Positions 39,923 through 48,890 of a DNA stretch of 64,000 bases are shown piece after piece. Under the pieces are notes generated by a model. It saw only the letters and a list, made by a program, of their open reading frames with translations, was not told the DNA's origin and made no database searches. Every line of letters starts with the position of its first letter. Within the stretch, counting starts at the first letter, position 1. Both the position numbers and the translations under genes were made by a program. This DNA is from Myxococcota bacterium (GTDB lineage: Bacteria > Myxococcota_A > UBA796 > UBA2385): the NCBI GenBank assembly GCA_044344255.1, contig JBIJDH010000005.1:288001-352000 (forward strand). Reading direction: 5' to 3'.

Positions 39923-39964
39923 GACGCGGGTATTCGTGATTGGGGACCTACGGCTCACTGCTCT

Positions 39965-40256
39965 CCTGCGGGTGGTGGGCATCCTGATGGGCACGGGGGC
40001 CTTCGCCCTCGGCACCACGGGGGTCTCGCTCTTCGGCTCCGGGGGCCTGAAGGGCCTCAAAGCCAACCCGATGGCGCTCCTCGGCCCGGTGCTGATCGTC
40101 TCGATCTACGGCGGCATGGGCGCCTCGTGCCCCTCGGCAAGCTCACCGCCACCTGCGGCGTCTGCGGCACCGAGGCCCTGTTCCCGGCCCCCCTTGTCTC
40201 CGCCGAGCCCCACTCCCGCCACCACGAGCTCGCGATGGCCCACAAGCACAAGAGCG
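39965..40256 (+). pseudogene. Truncated, frameshifted copy of the Zn-ribbon membrane gene at 37528
   Basis: Near-identical to 37779-~38195, with a 124-bp internal deletion at a GCCTCG microhomology. Confidence 0.85.
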
Positions 40257-40290
40257 TTTTTCTCTCTGGAGAACCGGGACTTCAGCCCGC

Positions 40291-43200
40291 CTACCCGAGC
40301 GCCCGTCGTCGACGCCCGGCGACGAGGCCGAGGACGCCGAGGAGCGAGGCGGCGGCGCCCGCGGGGCCGCCTTGGGTTGTGCAGCCGCAGCCGGCCTTGC
40401 CCACGTCGCCGTCGGCCGCGCCATCTCCGCCCTCGCCACTGCCATCTCCCCCGCCGTCGCCGCTGTCGGCCTCGTCCGAGGCGCAGGTGCCGTCGGGGTC
40501 GACCGCTCCGTCACAGTCATTGTCGAGCTCATCGCAGAGCTCGGTGGCCTCGGGGCTGATCTCGTCGTCCTCGTCGTCACAGTCGAGCCCGTTGTCGACG
40601 AAGCCCTCCGGCTGGTCGCAGGCGACGACCCCGAGCTCGCTGCCGTAGCCGTCGCGGTCGGCGTCGGGGTACCAGGTGGGGGCGTCGACCGCCGCGGCGT
40701 CCACCCCGCCGTCGCAGTCGTCGTCGACCTCGTTACAGCGCTCTTCGGCGCCGGGGTTGACGGTGGGATCGGCGTCGTCGCAGTCGCCGTCCAGGAGCGC
40801 GTAGAGCGGACCCGGATCGCAGGCAGACACGCTCTCTGCCGCCTCCCCGTAGCCGTCGGCGTCGGCGTCCAGCCAGGCCGTGAACTGCCCCTCGGCGCTG
40901 TCGTCCTCGTCGTCGGAGAGGCCGTCGCAGTCCTCGTCCTGGTTGATCTCGTCGCAGATCTCCTGGGCGGCCGGGTTGACGCGCGGATCGCTGTCCAGGC
41001 AGTCTTCACCCTGGCTCTGGACCGCGGCGTTCGCGAGCCCCTCGGTGGTGCAGCTCAGGTCGATGCTCTCGACGGTGTCCGAGGTGGCCCACCCGTCCGT
41101 GTCGGCGTCCGTATAACAGAGCTCCGTCCCGCTGCAGTCTTCGTCCAGCCCGTCTCCCGGGATCTCGGCGGCGAGGGGATAGACCCGCGCGTCGCCGTCG
41201 TCGCAGTCGCCGCCGATGGTCGCGCTGCCGGAGGGCAAGTCGCAGGCCGCGCTGAGCCAGGCGTCGTCTCCGTATCCGTCCCCGTCGGCGTCGAGCGGCC
41301 AGGTGCTCATGCCGGAGGGGTCGGCGGAGGGATCGGCGTCGTCGGAGAGCCCGTCGCAGTCTTCGTCGACGTCGGCGGCGTCACAGAGCTCGGTGGCCGA
41401 GGGGCTGATGGCCGCGTCACCGTCGTCACAGTCTGTGCCGAGCTCGGTGAGGAGGCCCTCGGTCGGGTCGTCACAGTCGCTGTCGGCGGAGGTGGCGGTT
41501 GCAGGGCTCGAGGAGAGGTAGCCGTCGTCGTCTGCGTCGACATAGCACTCCTCCGATCCGTCGCAGTCCTCGTCGATGCCATCGGCCACGACCTCGGTGG
41601 CGCCGGGGCGGATGGAGGCCGCGCTGTCGTCGCAGTCGGTGGTGGGGTCTGTGCTCCGCCCCTCGGTGGCGTCTGTACAATCGGAGTCTGTGGAGGACAG
41701 GGTCGCGCCGCTGGTGTCGAGGTAGCCGTCGTCGTCGGCGTCCAGGTAGCAGAGCTCGGCGCCGTCGCAGTCTTCGTCTACCGCGTTCGCGACGATCTCG
41801 GGGGCACCCGGGTAGCGGGAGGCGTCGCTGTCCGCGCAGTCGGTGGTGAGATCGGCGCTGGTGCCCTCCCGGGCGTCCTGACAGTCGGTGTCCGCGGAGC
41901 TGCGCGTGTCTCGCGCGGTGTCGAGATAGCCGTCATCGTCATCATCGTCGTAGCAGGACTCCCCCCCGTCGCAATTCTGGTCGATCTCGTCGCCCGTGAC
42001 CTCGGTGGCTCCGGGGCGGATGGCGGAGGAGGTGTCGTCGCAGTCTTTCTGCCCCGAGGTGGAGGTGCTCTCGTAGGCGTCGTTGCAGTCGGAGTCGACC
42101 GAGGTGACGGTGGTGGCCGCGGTGATGATGTAGCCGTCATCATCGGCGTCGAGGTAACAGACCTCTCCGCCGTCGCAGTCCTCGTCGTCGCCGTTCCCCA
42201 CCGTCTCGGTGGCGCCGGGGTGGTCGCCGGCGTCGGTGTCGTCACAGTCGGTGGTGGGATCGGCGGCCTCTCCCTCCTTGGCGTCTCTGCAGTCGAGGTC
42301 TGTGGAGCTGCGCTTGTCGGCGGTGAGATCCAGGTAGCCGTCGTCGTCGTCGTCGTCCCAGCAGCTCTCCGAACCGTCACAGTTGTTGTCGATGCCATCA
42401 TCTACGGTGTCGGTGACCCCTGGGTTGATCAATGCGTCATCGTCGTCGCAGTCGCGCAGGGAGGCCGACACCCCGGAGCCGCGGAAGTAGCCGTCCCCGT
42501 CGGTGTCGGCGGAGCCGTAATAGACGGCGGCGTAGCCGTTGCCGCTGGTCGCGCAGTAGGCGCCGGCGAGGATGTCGTCGAGACCATCTCCGTTCACGTC
42601 ACCGCCACCGGAGACTGAGTAGCCGAGGCAGGAGGTAGAGGACCCGGAGACGGTGCCGAGGTAGTCCGTGGACAGCCCGACCGCGGAGCCCGCGTAGGTG
42701 CGGACGAGGCCGAAGCTCGCCGAGTACAGGTAGCCGCCGACGACGACATCGTCGTAGCCGTCGTCGTTCATGTCGCCCGCGGCGCCGACGGAGAAGCCGA
42801 AGTCGGAGGTGCCGGGCCCGCTCACGGTGATGGCGGCGGTGGCCCCGAGGCCGGAGGCTGAACCGTGAAAGACCTGGGCCTGTCCGGTGTAGGCGCTGGT
42901 GCCCCACGCGCCGATGATCACGTCGTCATAGCCGTCTCCGTCCACGTCGCCGGCCCCGGCGACCGAGGCCCCGTAACGCTGGAGGGCGGCGGTGCCGGAG
43001 AGCTGGAGGGCGGCGGTGGCCGAGAGGCCAGAGGCGGAGCCGTGATAGACCTCGACGTAGCCGGTGGTGCTGCCATAGGTGGGCGCGCCGACGATGAGGT
43101 CGTCGTAGCCGTCCTGGTTCACGTCTCCGGCCGCGGCCACATCGGCGCCGAAGGAGGCGCCGCTCCCCGCGCCGCCGAGGATGCGGGCGGCGGTGGTGGA

Positions 43201-44484
43201 GAGGCCGGTGTAGGCGCCGTGATAGACGTAAGCCGCGCCCACGTTGTTGGGGCTGTCTGCGGCGAGCGCGCCGACGACGACGTCGCTGAACCCATCCCCG
43301 TTGACGTCGCCCGCGGAGGAGACGGCGGCGCCGAATTGCCCCGCGGCGGACACACCGGTGAGGGTGGCCGCGGCGAGGCTGCTGAGGCCGGTGGAGGAGC
43401 CATGGTAGAGGTACGCCGCCCCGGTGCTGCTGCTCACCCCGTCGGCGCCGACGATGAGGTCATCGAAGCCGTCCCCGTTCACGTCGCCCGCTCCGGCGAC
43501 GGAGCGCCCGAAATAGAGCTGGGTGCTCGCGCCCGTGAGGGTGAGGGCCGCCGAGGTGGACAGACCGGCGATAGCGCCGTGGTAGATGTAGACCCGCCCG
43601 GTGTTGGTGCTGTAGGCGGGCGCGCTCACCGCGACGTCGTCGAAGCCGTCGAAATTGAGGTCACCGACCATCGAGACCGAGGTGCCGTAGTTGCTGGCCC
43701 CGCTGCCGGACTGGCTCCAGCCGGTGGTGTAGGTGATGGGGTCGACATGGATGGGCCAGCGAGCGCCGGTGTCATCGATCCGGACCTGGAGGCCCCCTTC
43801 GTTCGCCTCCATCCAGGCGGGGAGCGTGACGCCGTCGTCGTCCCAGGCGACGAGCCCCTCGAGGACGAATTCGTGGTCGGGGGCGACGAGCGACATCGCG
43901 CCCGGAGCGGCCCCGGGGGTGACCTCGGCGCCCTCGACCTCCAGCAGGATGGAGAGGGGGCCGCCGCCCGGGGGTGAGCGGGTGAGCTCCCACCCCACCT
44001 GCACTCGACCCGGCGTGCTCGACCACCACTCGGTGATCCCGTCTCCCGCTCGTTCCGCGCGGCGAACACAGGCGCCCTCCGCGTCCAAGGCCCCGCTGGG
44101 CTCGCAGGCCCCCCAGCGAGCGGGCATCGGCGCCCGGCGGGGGACGGGGGAGCCCCGGCTGAGGCCGCGGCTGTGGAGCCCGACCCGATCCTCCCCCGCG
44201 CTGAGCCAGACCCCGCCGCCCTGGACCTCAACGCCCATCCCCATCAGGGGCTGCTGGGCCACGAAGCCCTCCCCCGCGGCCTGGAAGGCCACCGCCTCCG
44301 CCTCGAGCCGCCGCCCCACCTCGGCGGACCATGCACCGCCGGCCGTGTCTCCGCCGACGGTGTTCCCGCCGCTGGTGTCCCCGCCGACGGTGTCTCCGTC
44401 GACGGCGTCGAGCGGACCGCCGCAGGCGGCCAGCAAGAGGAGAGAGGTGGGGAGGAGGGAGGTGTTACGGTCGCGACGAGTCAT
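40291..44484 (-). CDS. Large surface protein: lipobox, N-terminal beta domain, 7 FG-GAP (integrin-alpha) repeats, ~10 MopE-related repeats, MYXO-CTERM-like tail
   Basis: LLLLAAC; WPIHVDP; seven GDxNxDG.DD..VGA units; DCDD..I.PGA.E..D..D.DC repeats; KAGCGC + TM + RRRR. Confidence 0.9.
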   Translation of the reverse strand: MTRRDRNTSLLPTSLLLLAACGGPLDAVDGDTVGGDTSGGNTVGGDTAGGAWSAEVGRRLEAEAVAFQAAGEGFVAQQPLMGMGVEVQGGGVWLSAGEDRVGLHSRGLSRGSPVPRRAPMPARWGACEPSGALDAEGACVRRAERAGDGITEWWSSTPGRVQVGWELTRSPPGGGPLSILLEVEGAEVTPGAAPGAMSLVAPDHEFVLEGLVAWDDDGVTLPAWMEANEGGLQVRIDDTGARWPIHVDPITYTTGWSQSGSGASNYGTSVSMVGDLNFDGFDDVAVSAPAYSTNTGRVYIYHGAIAGLSTSAALTLTGASTQLYFGRSVAGAGDVNGDGFDDLIVGADGVSSSTGAAYLYHGSSTGLSSLAAATLTGVSAAGQFGAAVSSAGDVNGDGFSDVVVGALAADSPNNVGAAYVYHGAYTGLSTTAARILGGAGSGASFGADVAAAGDVNQDGYDDLIVGAPTYGSTTGYVEVYHGSASGLSATAALQLSGTAALQRYGASVAGAGDVDGDGYDDVIIGAWGTSAYTGQAQVFHGSASGLGATAAITVSGPGTSDFGFSVGAAGDMNDDGYDDVVVGGYLYSASFGLVRTYAGSAVGLSTDYLGTVSGSSTSCLGYSVSGGGDVNGDGLDDILAGAYCATSGNGYAAVYYGSADTDGDGYFRGSGVSASLRDCDDDDALINPGVTDTVDDGIDNNCDGSESCWDDDDDDGYLDLTADKRSSTDLDCRDAKEGEAADPTTDCDDTDAGDHPGATETVGNGDDEDCDGGEVCYLDADDDGYIITAATTVTSVDSDCNDAYESTSTSGQKDCDDTSSAIRPGATEVTGDEIDQNCDGGESCYDDDDDDGYLDTARDTRSSADTDCQDAREGTSADLTTDCADSDASRYPGAPEIVANAVDEDCDGAELCYLDADDDGYLDTSGATLSSTDSDCTDATEGRSTDPTTDCDDSAASIRPGATEVVADGIDEDCDGSEECYVDADDDGYLSSSPATATSADSDCDDPTEGLLTELGTDCDDGDAAISPSATELCDAADVDEDCDGLSDDADPSADPSGMSTWPLDADGDGYGDDAWLSAACDLPSGSATIGGDCDDGDARVYPLAAEIPGDGLDEDCSGTELCYTDADTDGWATSDTVESIDLSCTTEGLANAAVQSQGEDCLDSDPRVNPAAQEICDEINQDEDCDGLSDDEDDSAEGQFTAWLDADADGYGEAAESVSACDPGPLYALLDGDCDDADPTVNPGAEERCNEVDDDCDGGVDAAAVDAPTWYPDADRDGYGSELGVVACDQPEGFVDNGLDCDDEDDEISPEATELCDELDNDCDGAVDPDGTCASDEADSGDGGGDGSGEGGDGAADGDVGKAGCGCTTQGGPAGAAASLLGVLGLVAGRRRRALG

Positions 44485-44498
44485 TTCGCGAGCATAGC

Positions 44499-44543
44499 AG
44501 AGCGCGGAGACCGTGTGGGATGCGCCCCGATGTTCCGCGCTCT
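44499..44543. promoter_or_regulatory. Perfect 10-bp inverted repeat upstream of the large adhesin gene
   Basis: AGAGCGCGGA (44499-44508) / TCCGCGCTCT (44534-44543), followed by ATTTTCT. Confidence 0.45.
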
Positions 44544-44616
44544 ATTTTCTGTGTTGTACGTGCTGTTTCCCGCGTTGTGGACAGGCCGCAGACCGACTGA
44601 CGCCGAGCGGTGGGCC

Positions 44617-45561
44617 TCAGGGAACGCGACACCAATCGGGGAAGTCACTCGGGAGGCCGCTCGTGTAGGCCTCGGTGACGCCCATCGGGTGGTCCTCGAA
44701 GAAGCGCCAGGCATAAGCGCCCGCTCCGGGCGGGATGGTGTGCCCGTTGTCGTGCTCACACTCGACGACGAAGCTGCCATCGGCTTGGAGCTCTGTGGAG
44801 AAGTAGGTGCTGGAGTCGTCGAAGGAGAAGCCCGAGTAGGTGTCGGAGGGGCCGCCCCAGGTCACGAGGACCGGCAGGGGCCAGGCCGGTGACTCATAGG
44901 CCCCCGCTTGGGTGCCGCCGGAGAAGGGCGCGGTCGCGGCCAGCCACTCGGCCTCGTACATCGTGAGGTACGTGGTCCAGAGGCCACCGGCGCTCATGCC
45001 AATCGCGTAGACCCGGTCGGTGTCGATGGCGTATTGCTGCCCCACACAGGCGAGGAGGTCTTCGAAGAGCAGGAGGTCGGGGTTGCCTGCCGGGGCGTCG
45101 AGGAAGTGCCACTCGTAAGCGTAGCCGTCAGACTGGGGGGCGATGACGATGGCGCCGTGTTCGTCGGCGTAAGCCTCGAGGTCGAGGTAGCGGATCGCCT
45201 GCTTGGCGTTCCCGCCGAGCCAGTGCCAGCCGAAGACGACAGGGGCGCCCACGGGGTCAGCGGGGAGGACGACCTCGAAGCTCCGCGTCGTGTCCCCCGT
45301 GGGGAAGTCGGAGTTGGTGCCGTCCACGATCGCGGGGCAGGTGCCCGCCGAGTAGGGGGGGAGGACGAGGTCACCGCCGTCGCCGCCGTCGCCGCCGTCG
45401 CCGCCGTCGCCGCCGGTGTCGCCTTCCGCGCCGTCGGCGCCGTCGCCAGAGCCACCGTCTGCGCCGTCGTCGCTGGACTTGCCACCCTCGGCGCCGCAGG
45501 CCGCGAGCAGACCGAGGGCGAGCAGGGTGACGGGGATCAAGGGATGCGCGGGGCGGTGCAT
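44617..45561 (-). CDS. Lipoprotein alpha/beta hydrolase (PHB depolymerase/esterase-like)
   Basis: LLAAC lipobox; PVVFGWHWLG, nucleophile elbow GMSAGG, WGG.SD, GH. Confidence 0.85.
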   Translation of the reverse strand: MHRPAHPLIPVTLLALGLLAACGAEGGKSSDDGADGGSGDGADGAEGDTGGDGGDGGDGGDGGDLVLPPYSAGTCPAIVDGTNSDFPTGDTTRSFEVVLPADPVGAPVVFGWHWLGGNAKQAIRYLDLEAYADEHGAIVIAPQSDGYAYEWHFLDAPAGNPDLLLFEDLLACVGQQYAIDTDRVYAIGMSAGGLWTTYLTMYEAEWLAATAPFSGGTQAGAYESPAWPLPVLVTWGGPSDTYSGFSFDDSSTYFSTELQADGSFVVECEHDNGHTIPPGAGAYAWRFFEDHPMGVTEAYTSGLPSDFPDWCRVP

Positions 45562-45611
45562 GGGGAGGCTCCGGAAGGTGAAGGGGTCTACCGCGGTCTG
45601 TGGCCGGCGGC

Positions 45612-46235
45612 TCACCGCCGGAGACCGAGGAGGCGCGACAGCCAGCCGAACAGCGCGGTGACGAGGCGAACGAGGAGGCCGCGGGGCGCGCGGGGGGTGC
45701 GGGTCGCGCGGGTCGGGCGGGTCGGGCGGGGGGCCTTGGTCTCCTGGCGGGGGGCCTTGGTCTCCTCGCGGAGGGCGAGCGCCAGCGCGTCGTGGAGGTC
45801 GCGCCGGAGGATGAGGCCCATCGCCGGCTCGGGGCGGGCCTCGGTCTCTCCGCTGGTGCCGACCAGGATGAGCTCGGGGTGGCGCTCGAGGAACTCGAAG
45901 AAGATCTCGCGCAGCACGCCCTGTCCCTTGCCGAACCAGACCACCGACAGGGGCTCGGTGCACGTCAACAGGGCCTGCTTGGCCTCTCGGGCCCGCATCC
46001 CGTGGAGGTCGAGGAGCTGCACCTCGACCGCCGTGGCGCCGGCCCGCGCGAGCGCCGCGGTGAGGACAGGGCCGGCGTGCCCGAGGAGGTCGCGGACCTG
46101 CAGCACCCGATCCTCCTGACGCTCCACCTCGAGCGCATACGCGAGGTGCTCGAGCAGCGGCTCGCAGGCGTGGGTGACCGCTCGGTTGGCGACCGGGCGC
46201 GCCCCAGCGCGGGAGGGGGGACGCCGCGGGGCCAC
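45612..46235 (-). CDS. Smr-domain protein with C-terminal amphipathic helix
   Basis: LDLHGMRAREA and GKGQGVLR...FLERHP; GTG start 3 nt after the helicase stop. Confidence 0.7.
   Translation of the reverse strand: MAPRRPPSRAGARPVANRAVTHACEPLLEHLAYALEVERQEDRVLQVRDLLGHAGPVLTAALARAGATAVEVQLLDLHGMRAREAKQALLTCTEPLSVVWFGKGQGVLREIFFEFLERHPELILVGTSGETEARPEPAMGLILRRDLHDALALALREETKAPRQETKAPRPTRPTRATRTPRAPRGLLVRLVTALFGWLSRLLGLRR
45726..45767. repeat. 21-bp in-frame tandem duplication (ETKAPR x2) in the Smr gene
   Basis: GCGGGGGGCCTTGGTCTCCT occurs twice in tandem. Confidence 0.85.
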
Positions 46236-46238
46236 CGA

Positions 46239-48830
46239 TCAGTCCCCGATGCGGGTGAGCTCGACGAGCGGGCCGTCGGGGTTGGTGTTCTCCCGAAGGT
46301 CTATCCGCCCCTCGATCGACCAGGCGCAGACCTCCTCGTCGTGCCCGCGCTCATCGCCCTCCTCCCAATTGGCGGTCTCCCAGTCGGCGGCCGCCTGCTG
46401 CCGGGGGGTGAGGACCTGAATGACCGTCCACTGGTGGGGGCCGGCGGGCTGAAGGACGGTCTTCCCAGCGAGGCGGGCCCGGTGGTCAAAGGCGAGCTCC
46501 CCGTGCTCCTCGAAGAAGGGCTGCAGCGCCGCCTCGAGCTCGTCGGGACCCCAGGGGCCCTCCTCATCGCGGCGGAGGCTCGCGGCGGCCTCGGCCCAGT
46601 CCTGGCGGGACAGGGCCCGGAGCAGGGCGTGGAGCTCGGCGCGGACCCGGGCGGCGAAGGCCCGCGGGTTGGCGGAGATGTCGAGGGGCGGCGCCACGGC
46701 GGTGGCCTTGGCGTCCTGTCCGGAGAGCAGCGTCTCCCATTCGGTGAGCAGACTCGAGTCGACCACCCCGACCGTGGCCCGAAGATAGGCGATGGCCTCC
46801 TCCATGGCGTCGGTCTTGGCCTCGGCGGGCACGTTCTGGACGAGGGCCTTGTAGGCGTCGGTGAGGTAGCGGAGGAGCACCCCCTCGGAGCGCTCCAATC
46901 GGAGGTCCTTCACGTACTCGGCGAAGGAGATGTGCGTCTCTACCATCTCGCGGACCACGGACTTCGGGCGGATGGCCTCGCCGCTGATCCAGGGGTGCTT
47001 CTCGGCGTAAGCGTTGAAGAAGGCGTAGATCTCCTCGGCGTTGGGCTTCGGCCAGCTCACGTCTTCGAGGGCGGCCTGTCGGTCCTCATAGGGCACGCCC
47101 TCGGCCTTGAGCGCGTTGATGATGGCGAAGCGCTCCCGGTTGGCCTGCTGATAGAGCACCGGCCGCGGGTGCTCGAGGATGGCCTCCACCCAGGTGATGG
47201 CGTCCAAGGGGTAGGTGGGCGAGGTGCGGTCGAGGGTGGACAGGGCGCCGAGCAGGAACAGCGACAGGGAGTGATGCAGCGAGAAGTCGCGCTGGAGGTT
47301 CGGGTCGAGCAGGATCCGCTCTTCGGAGCGGATGGCCACGCCAGCCACCAGCAGGCCGTCGAGCATCCGCTGGGCGGTGACCTTGAGGTCGGTCTTCTCT
47401 TTTGCCGTGGCGTGGGAGCGATCGATGAGCTCAATCAGGGCCGCGTAGCCCGGCGTGGCGTCGCCGGACTGGTCTTGGGCGTGCTGGAGCAGCGAGAGGA
47501 GGCGCCCGTGGTCTACGGTGAAGCGGGCCTCCAGGGCCTCGGGCGGCTTGTCGACGAGGCCCTTGAAGGTCTCTTCGTCCCAGTGTTTGTAGCCCTTCTG
47601 CGGGGGCTTCGCGCGGACGATCTTGCGGCGCTTCTTGGGATCGGTGACCTTCTCATCGATCCGCGCGTTCTCGATGATGTGCTCGGGGGCTTGCGCGACG
47701 ACGTAGCCGACCTTGTCGTAGCCAGCGCGGCCGGCTCTCCCGGCGATCTGCTTGAAGTCGCGGATCCGGAGGATGTCGACCTTCTCACCGTCAAACTTGC
47801 AGAGCTGCGTGAACAGAACGGTGCGGATGGGGACGTTGATGCCGACCCCGAGGGTGTCTGTACCGCAGATGATCTTCAACAGTCCTTGCTGGGCCAACCG
47901 CTCACAGAGGAGGCGGTACCGCGGGAGCAGCCCCGCGTGGTGCAGGCCGATGCCGTGCGTGAGGTACCGCCGCATCGTCGCGCCGAAGGGGCTGTGGAAG
48001 CGGAAGCCGTGGATGGCGTCGATGATGGCGCGCTTCTCCTCCTTCGAGCAGTAGTCGACGCTGGTCAGGGCCTGGGCCTGCTCGGTCGCGTCCTGCTGGG
48101 TGAAGTGGACGACATAGACCGGGGCCTGGGCGGAGCGGACGAGCTCGGCCAGCGCCTCGTGAATGGGGCGCATCGAGTAGGAGAATTCGAGCGGCACAGG
48201 ACGCTTCGCCCCGCGGACCTCCACCACCTTACGCCCGGTGCGGAGCTCGAGGTCCTCGCGGATGTGGCTCGTGTCGCCGAGGGTGGCCGACATGAGGAGG
48301 AAGCTGGCCCGCGGCAGGGTGAGCAGCGGGATCTGCCAGGCCATCCCGCGGTCGCGATCGGCGTAGTAGTGGAATTCGTCCATCACCACGCTGCCGACCG
48401 GCGCGCCCTCGCCCTCTCGCAGCGCGAGGTTGGCCAGGATCTCCGCCGTGCAGCAGATGATCGGGGCGTCTCGGTTCACAGAGCCGTCGCCGGTCATCAT
48501 GCCGACGTGCTCGGCGCCGAAGATGGCACACAGGGCGAAGAACTTCTCGCTCACCAGCGCCTTGATGGGGGCGGTGTACCAGCTCCGGCTCAGGTCGACG
48601 AAGGTCTTGAAGTGCTGGGCGATGGCGACGAGGGACTTCCCGGAGCCCGTGGGCGCGTCGAGCACCACGTGATTCCCGGCGAAGATCTCGAGGATCGCCT
48701 CTTCCTGGTGCGAATAGAGCTGCAGCCCCGACTCGGCGACCCAGCCGAGGAAGACCTCGAGGGCGTCGTCGGGGTGCTTGAAGCCCCGCTCGGGGATGCG
48801 GGTGTCGAGGCGGAGGGGGGCCGTCGCCAT
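46239..48830 (-). CDS. Ski2-like DExH helicase with DUF3516
   Basis: APTGSGKS, APIKAL, DEFH, MSAT, HHAGL, TDTLGVGIN, QIAGRAGR; C-terminal RSEGVLLRYL..Y, DSSLL.EWE. Confidence 0.92.
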   Translation of the reverse strand: MATAPLRLDTRIPERGFKHPDDALEVFLGWVAESGLQLYSHQEEAILEIFAGNHVVLDAPTGSGKSLVAIAQHFKTFVDLSRSWYTAPIKALVSEKFFALCAIFGAEHVGMMTGDGSVNRDAPIICCTAEILANLALREGEGAPVGSVVMDEFHYYADRDRGMAWQIPLLTLPRASFLLMSATLGDTSHIREDLELRTGRKVVEVRGAKRPVPLEFSYSMRPIHEALAELVRSAQAPVYVVHFTQQDATEQAQALTSVDYCSKEEKRAIIDAIHGFRFHSPFGATMRRYLTHGIGLHHAGLLPRYRLLCERLAQQGLLKIICGTDTLGVGINVPIRTVLFTQLCKFDGEKVDILRIRDFKQIAGRAGRAGYDKVGYVVAQAPEHIIENARIDEKVTDPKKRRKIVRAKPPQKGYKHWDEETFKGLVDKPPEALEARFTVDHGRLLSLLQHAQDQSGDATPGYAALIELIDRSHATAKEKTDLKVTAQRMLDGLLVAGVAIRSEERILLDPNLQRDFSLHHSLSLFLLGALSTLDRTSPTYPLDAITWVEAILEHPRPVLYQQANRERFAIINALKAEGVPYEDRQAALEDVSWPKPNAEEIYAFFNAYAEKHPWISGEAIRPKSVVREMVETHISFAEYVKDLRLERSEGVLLRYLTDAYKALVQNVPAEAKTDAMEEAIAYLRATVGVVDSSLLTEWETLLSGQDAKATAVAPPLDISANPRAFAARVRAELHALLRALSRQDWAEAAASLRRDEEGPWGPDELEAALQPFFEEHGELAFDHRARLAGKTVLQPAGPHQWTVIQVLTPRQQAAADWETANWEEGDERGHDEEVCAWSIEGRIDLRENTNPDGPLVELTRIGD

Positions 48831-48890
48831 GAGGGGCCTCTGGACCCTGGGGCGGTCCGGGGTGTGCGCTCGCTGCGCCGTCCGACCGGT

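Noticed and set aside
37779..40256. Duplicated segment as a DGR template/variable repeat pair
   Set aside because: The differences are not adenine-specific and no reverse transcriptase gene is in the window.
40400..42500. Recurring GTCGCAGTC-type repeats that might suggest a CRISPR array or DGR
   Set aside because: They are degenerate coding repeats (DCDD motifs) with no constant repeat-spacer period and no cas or reverse transcriptase gene.
35973..44583. TGTGGACAG sites (near 35974 and 44576) as DnaA boxes
   Set aside because: They are isolated, have two mismatches, and lack an oriC context.
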